64,000 nt of DNA from Eukaryota sp. GEM-RC1 (lineage: Eukaryota): positions 558,001 to 622,000 of the forward strand of contig JAUFOQ010000013.1 of assembly GCA_040285855.1 (NCBI GenBank). The letters run 5' to 3'. Shown piece by piece: positions 59,286 to 64,000 of the stretch (positions are counted from its first letter, which is position 1; each line of letters begins with the position of its first letter). The notes below the pieces were generated by a model, which was given only the letters and a program-made list of their open reading frames with translations, ran no database searches and was not told the DNA's origin. A program made the translations under genes and the position numbers.

Positions 59286-61969
59286 TAGGAAACTTCGAAA
59301 GTACCATTTTATTTCCCTCAACAGTGTTTGGCTTGAATGTTTTTCTATATGTTATACCACAATAGACTACAATGCCAGCAAAAAGTAGTAAACATACTGA
59401 CATAATGAGCTCTCAAACAAATCTAGAGCACCAATTTGTTATTACTGGTACATTACCCTTAAACTAAATTTACTTTACTCCATCCCATGTCTACAGACAA
59501 CAATAATTATTGTGTCCCTTGCGGTTCCGCTCCGTGTGACGCACAACCCCCTCATTCACCAGAGTACCAGGACCCTACAATGAGTAGGTTTGTTATAGAG
59601 GGTTTCAACGCAATCCTATAATTCCCGTACAAGGGTTTTGTACCTGTCAGGTCTTTCAAGACGGGTTCCTCAAAGTTATTTCAGGACCAACCTGGTCCTT
59701 TCCAACAAGGCTTAACAGAGGAGGAACGAAAAATAGCAGACCGTCACATGGTTCCATCAGATCGACAAATGGTCCATGATTTTCTTCATGGGGCTAAAGA
59801 TAGAACCGATTACCTCCGAAATCGCTATCCCAAACCAGCTCAGGCAGCCATTAGATTGATCCGGACACAATTCAACGACGAAATTCTACCCCTCAAAGGT
59901 ACGTATACCATCCACGACGACCGAGGAAGACCCCATACCATTCATACCATTCTTATGGACCCTAGCATACCGGATTCCATGATCCCTGTTAGAATATGCT
60001 GGGAAACTAGTTATGAAGTATCAACGGGTCGAACTTTCGAAAAGTCGAATTCGAACCAAAGAATTCACCCATCAGGTTCCAACCCAAATTTCATCAATCA
60101 CCTTCTGAACAATCAAATCCACTACCTGATGTCCACCAGCTTGGTCTCTCTATGAGTGACCTTAGCACGACATTGACATCCTCCTCAACTGATCTCCTAC
60201 ACCCTGGCTCCGTCAGCATCCACTTCGGTTGTGGAATACCCCTCCCCAATGTCAGATAGTGTCGTCACCTTTGAACAGAAATTCCCCGTCGGCTCTATGA
60301 AGAACTCTAAGCTTCCACCTACCATGCTTACGAGTTTACAGCCCAATGACATCATTGACTTTGCAACAGACTTTCTTCAATCGAGCGTAACGGACCCTAA
60401 CCACAAACCACTGATAGGGGCTCCATTCGGATGGCCAAGGCACTTCTTCGACTTTGTTCGAACTGTTGCAGCAAATGATGACCCTTCTTACATCCAACGC
60501 TTCGTGAAGTTCGACTTACAGTCCCAACTGTTAATGTAAAAGGAGTGGGATGGTAAGAACCAAAAGAGCTCTCCTCAAGCGTACTCAGTTCGCGGACGAG
60601 ACTACAGCATTGAATGATCTCAACCAGTTCAAAATGAAGTGGTCCATCGCAAATCCCGAAGAGCGATGGAGTGAATTCATATCACGTTTACACAGAGTTC
60701 TCCAAAGAACCCAAGCAATCCAGCCGAAAAACAAGCCGATGACTGCCTGGCCAGACAAAGCTATCATCAAATCTATTTTATCGAACCTTGGCATTGTATC
60801 CATCTGGATCGAATTTTATTGGCCTCTCTACTAAGATTCTCAAGACATCCAGGGATTCATCTACGAGGTCAAACAACGTTACGACACTTGGTGCGAAAGA
60901 TGGCAATCTGCTTCAGCCAATGTCCAGAACGAACAACGAATCGATGAAATCGCTAACCTCAGAGATACGGCAACTTGGGAAAACCTCCCCACATCCTGGA
61001 CTTCTCGCCCCTCTATCCCGGTTCAGTCTAGTGAACCCGGTAAATCTAAAAGATCGGCTTCCAGCTCCAAACCACCCTCGAAGAAGCCTCGATCTGAACC
61101 GATGCCTGTCGATTTTGGGGCGAAATGGGCCACTCGTTTACTCAATGTCCCAACCCTGAATGTAGACATAGTGAACTTCCTCTAGACCAACGAAACGCCA
61201 GGAGTACCGCCTTCACATCACCAAATCGTAGTCGTAGCAAGAAGCAGTTTAATAAAAAGTCTAAATACCCCAACGCATAATCAGTACATATAAACACCCT
61301 TGTCGATATAACTGACAACACATCATCATCAATTCAATCAAATTCCATATTGACTGAAACCAATCAATTGTTAAACCCATTGAGCAACATCAGTCCTACC
61401 AATAATAATACGAACTCACAAAGCCTGAATTCCATTTTCACCATAAGTAGTCAGAACCCACTACCATTACTAAGCTGCAAACTGATGACCAATTGCACTC
61501 CGGTTCAAGGATGTTGGGAAAGTGGAGCAACACTGTCCGTAATCACACACGACCTGGCTACGAAGTGTAACGACGCCCGTCAGCAACAATGTTCGCTTCA
61601 CTTCCGCAAACAATGTCGAGTCCCGGTCCTTGGGTAGCGCCCAGGGCATTTTGACCTTCGATACAAGCAGCATCGCGTACCTGACAAATGTTGAAAAGAC
61701 TCTACCAATAATACCCGGATCCAACAAGATATTATTGAGAATAGATCTGATGAAACAGTTAGGACTGCTAACCGAAGACGGACTAGTCATCCGGATTGAC
61801 AAGGCAATCCTGGCCACCGTGACCGAACGATGAGTTTTCTTCAATATTCTCAACAGCTCCTCACAAAGATGGCATCGATTGTCCTACCTCGACGGATCAA
61901 TCCAATGAAACAGCGGATTGCCGCAGAGATTTTCGATGAACTTGTCCGACAGGACTTTGCTGAGTTATC

Positions 61970-62284
61970 CAGTGTTCGAAAACACGCGTGTCATCCAGAA
62001 AACGAACGTGTGAAACACGCTTCCACATCGGACACGTATCCGAACGGTGGGAATTCAACAATTCAATTCTTTCAAAGATTTCTCACTCTCTCCTCATTTC
62101 AAGATGACTAGCTCTCAACAAAGTTGAAGACTCAGAGGACGATGTGATAGATGACCCTTTCTTGTAGGTAGTGACTAGTGACAAAATAAAGTACCTCTAC
62201 TTTTTGAGAACAAAAGGAGCACACGTGTCCAAAAACAAAACGAACGTGTAAAACACGTGTCCGAACGTGTCCGACACGAACTAG
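61970..62284. mobile_element. Short nested insertion (MITE-like) interrupting the gypsy RT
   Basis: RT frame stops at FDELVRQDFAELS and resumes at LVVYPDQRKPRL. The insert begins CAGTGTTCG and both ends are packed with ACACG/CGTGT motifs, including a direct repeat AAAACGAACGTGTRAAACACG. Confidence 0.55.
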
Positions 62285-62985
62285 TAGTCTATCCCGATCA
62301 ACGTAAGCCCCGCCTTACAGGAGACTTCACTGGTTCCGATGGAATTAACGCGTTGACCCGAGTTGTCGAACCGAATATTCCAAAGATCATCGACATCCTG
62401 GAATTTCTGAGTGAAGCTAACTTCATAGTGAGCTTGGATCTTCCGAAAGCCTTCTGGCAATTGAATCTTGTAGAAAGTGACAGAGACAAGACAACTCTAG
62501 TAATCCGTGAGAAATCCATCCGATTCAAGAGAGCATGTTTTGGGCTCAAGAACGTTCCTGCAATATTTCAAAATTTGATTTTTGACCATGTTTGACCATG
62601 TTGTCATATTCATCTAAATCGATGACATCATCATAGTAGAGCCGAATCCGATTCGTTCCAGTTAAAGCATACACACGACCTTGGCCTATCCAAACGCAAC
62701 TGCGTGACTAAGAAACACCCACTAAAGATCTTGGGTAGTAAGTTCGTCAACAATACACGCAGTATTGACCCTTCGCGTATCACAGCTCTCCTAGAGTTGC
62801 CCGTACCAACAACTATCAAAGAGGTTCGTAGCTTCGTGGGTTCGATAAACTACAGTACATGAAAGACTTTATTCCTTCTGGCCCCAATCATCAACCTAGT
62901 CAAGAACAACGCTCGTTCAGTAAAATGGACACCCCTCCTCCATCAATCTAATTTTGAGACAATCAGAAATAAGATCATAAATCAC

Positions 62986-63639
62986 ATGCCTCTCAGTCTA
63001 CCAGACAGGGATAAACGCGTACTGATAAGTGCTGATGCCAGCGATATCGCCGTAGGCGGTGTCATTTGGCAGGAAATACCTCCTAACGCACAAGATGGAA
63101 CTCCATTGAACAACAGGAAAGTTATCTCACTAGCTTTCTACAGCAAACTCCTAACGGAATCTCAACAAAACTGGGCAACAATTCAGAAAGAGTTGTACGC
63201 TATTGTTCTGATCCTAACGGAATCCCCCATGTCATCATTCCTCCTAAGCAGGGATCTAACCATCTTTACAGATCATAGAAACCTAGCTTTCCTCATCTCA
63301 GCACCTGAGAAAAACAGAGTAGTCAAGCGTTGGATACCCATCCTAAGCGAATTCCAATTCTCAGTGATCCACACTGTTGGAGCAGACAACTACTGGGCAG
63401 ACATGTTATCTCGAAACATTGAAACCTCTCAACCCGAAAACATAAACCTAGTCACATCTTGCCCCGAGCCGATGTTCTCTAGAGTCGATGGACTATGTCG
63501 CACTGATGACGATATGGATTATCAATCACTGACCTCCGAGTCAATCAACATGATTAGTGAACCATCAATTAGTGAACCATTAATCAACAAGTCAAAAATT
63601 TTGACGCTTGGCTATCGAAGATACGCTCCACACAAGTAG
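62986..63639 (+). pseudogene. Ty3/gypsy RNase H domain fragment
   Basis: DAS...ELYAI...TDH...ADMLSR motifs. Confidence 0.85.
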
Positions 63640-64000
63640 AAGCCAAGAACAACAACGACGTACTGTTCCAGCATCCCACTGCTGTATACAACGACGAGCT
63701 CCAGCTATTCCTAAATAGCGATGGTAAGATCCTCATATTTATGAGTCTTCGGAATACCACGATGAACCACATCCACGGTTTTCCTCACACAGGCCACCCC
63801 AGCCTAAGCGACAGCATTGATCGACTGAACTCTAGTGACTATTTCTGGCCTAAAATGCCAAAGATATGACGAAACACTGCGCGCAATGCCCAGCTTGTCA
63901 AGAGTCAGCCTTCCTTGCAAAACACAAAATCAAACCATCAGGTAACCTTTGGGCAGACAAATCATTTGCAAAAAGAACACCGATACCATCGGACCTTTAT

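Larger units (their letters stand above)
59487..64000 (+). mobile_element. Decayed Ty3/gypsy LTR retrotransposon (gag-like, protease, RT, RNase H, start of integrase); runs off window
   Basis: Protease-like WESGATLSVI (~61515). RT motifs LDLPKAFWQ, FGLKNVPAIFQ and I*IDDII (stop at 62615). RNase H motifs ADASDIAVGGV, KELYAI, TDHRNL, ADMLSR. Integrase zinc finger H..HTGHP..FWPKM..C..C. Order PR-RT-RH-INT. Left boundary approximate and no LTR delimited. Confidence 0.88.

Noticed and set aside
59487..64000. Nearby reverse transcriptase as the engine of LRR diversification (DGR)
   Set aside because: It is a Ty3/gypsy pol with RNase H and integrase, carrying a stop in the YxDD motif, frameshifts and a nested insertion. 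It is not a DGR RT.

Overview
AT-rich eukaryotic DNA, probably from a microbial eukaryote (inferred from gene content). Positions 1-49,120 are a head-to-tail minus-strand array of 45 cassettes (44 start and end inside the window, 1 runs off the left edge). Each cassette has 3-15 copies of an 84-bp module encoding a 28-aa ribonuclease-inhibitor/NLRC3-type leucine-rich repeat (about 340 modules by hand count), a shared C-terminal cap and a conserved spacer. The head of the array carries the window's only RING/B-box/B-box/coiled-coil (TRIM-like RBCC) ORF (49110-49820, minus). Forty cassettes lack the N-terminal linker, and 24 of those have no in-frame ATG at their 5' end, yet their LRR frames are almost all open. 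Variation is concentrated in the solvent-exposed beta-strand codons, and a finite vocabulary of modules is reshuffled between cassettes. The arrangement suggests one constant E3-ligase head plus a library of variable LRR recognition cassettes, joined by gene conversion/rearrangement or alternative splicing. That mechanism is an inference and is not demonstrated by the sequence. Other content: a 5'-truncated RLE-type non-LTR retrotransposon with an 8-bp TSD inside one spacer, a MITE upstream of the RBCC ORF, a degenerate Sel1-repeat gene, a kelch/Cys-rich membrane-protein gene split by three homopolymer frameshifts, and a decayed Ty3/gypsy element with a nested insertion.
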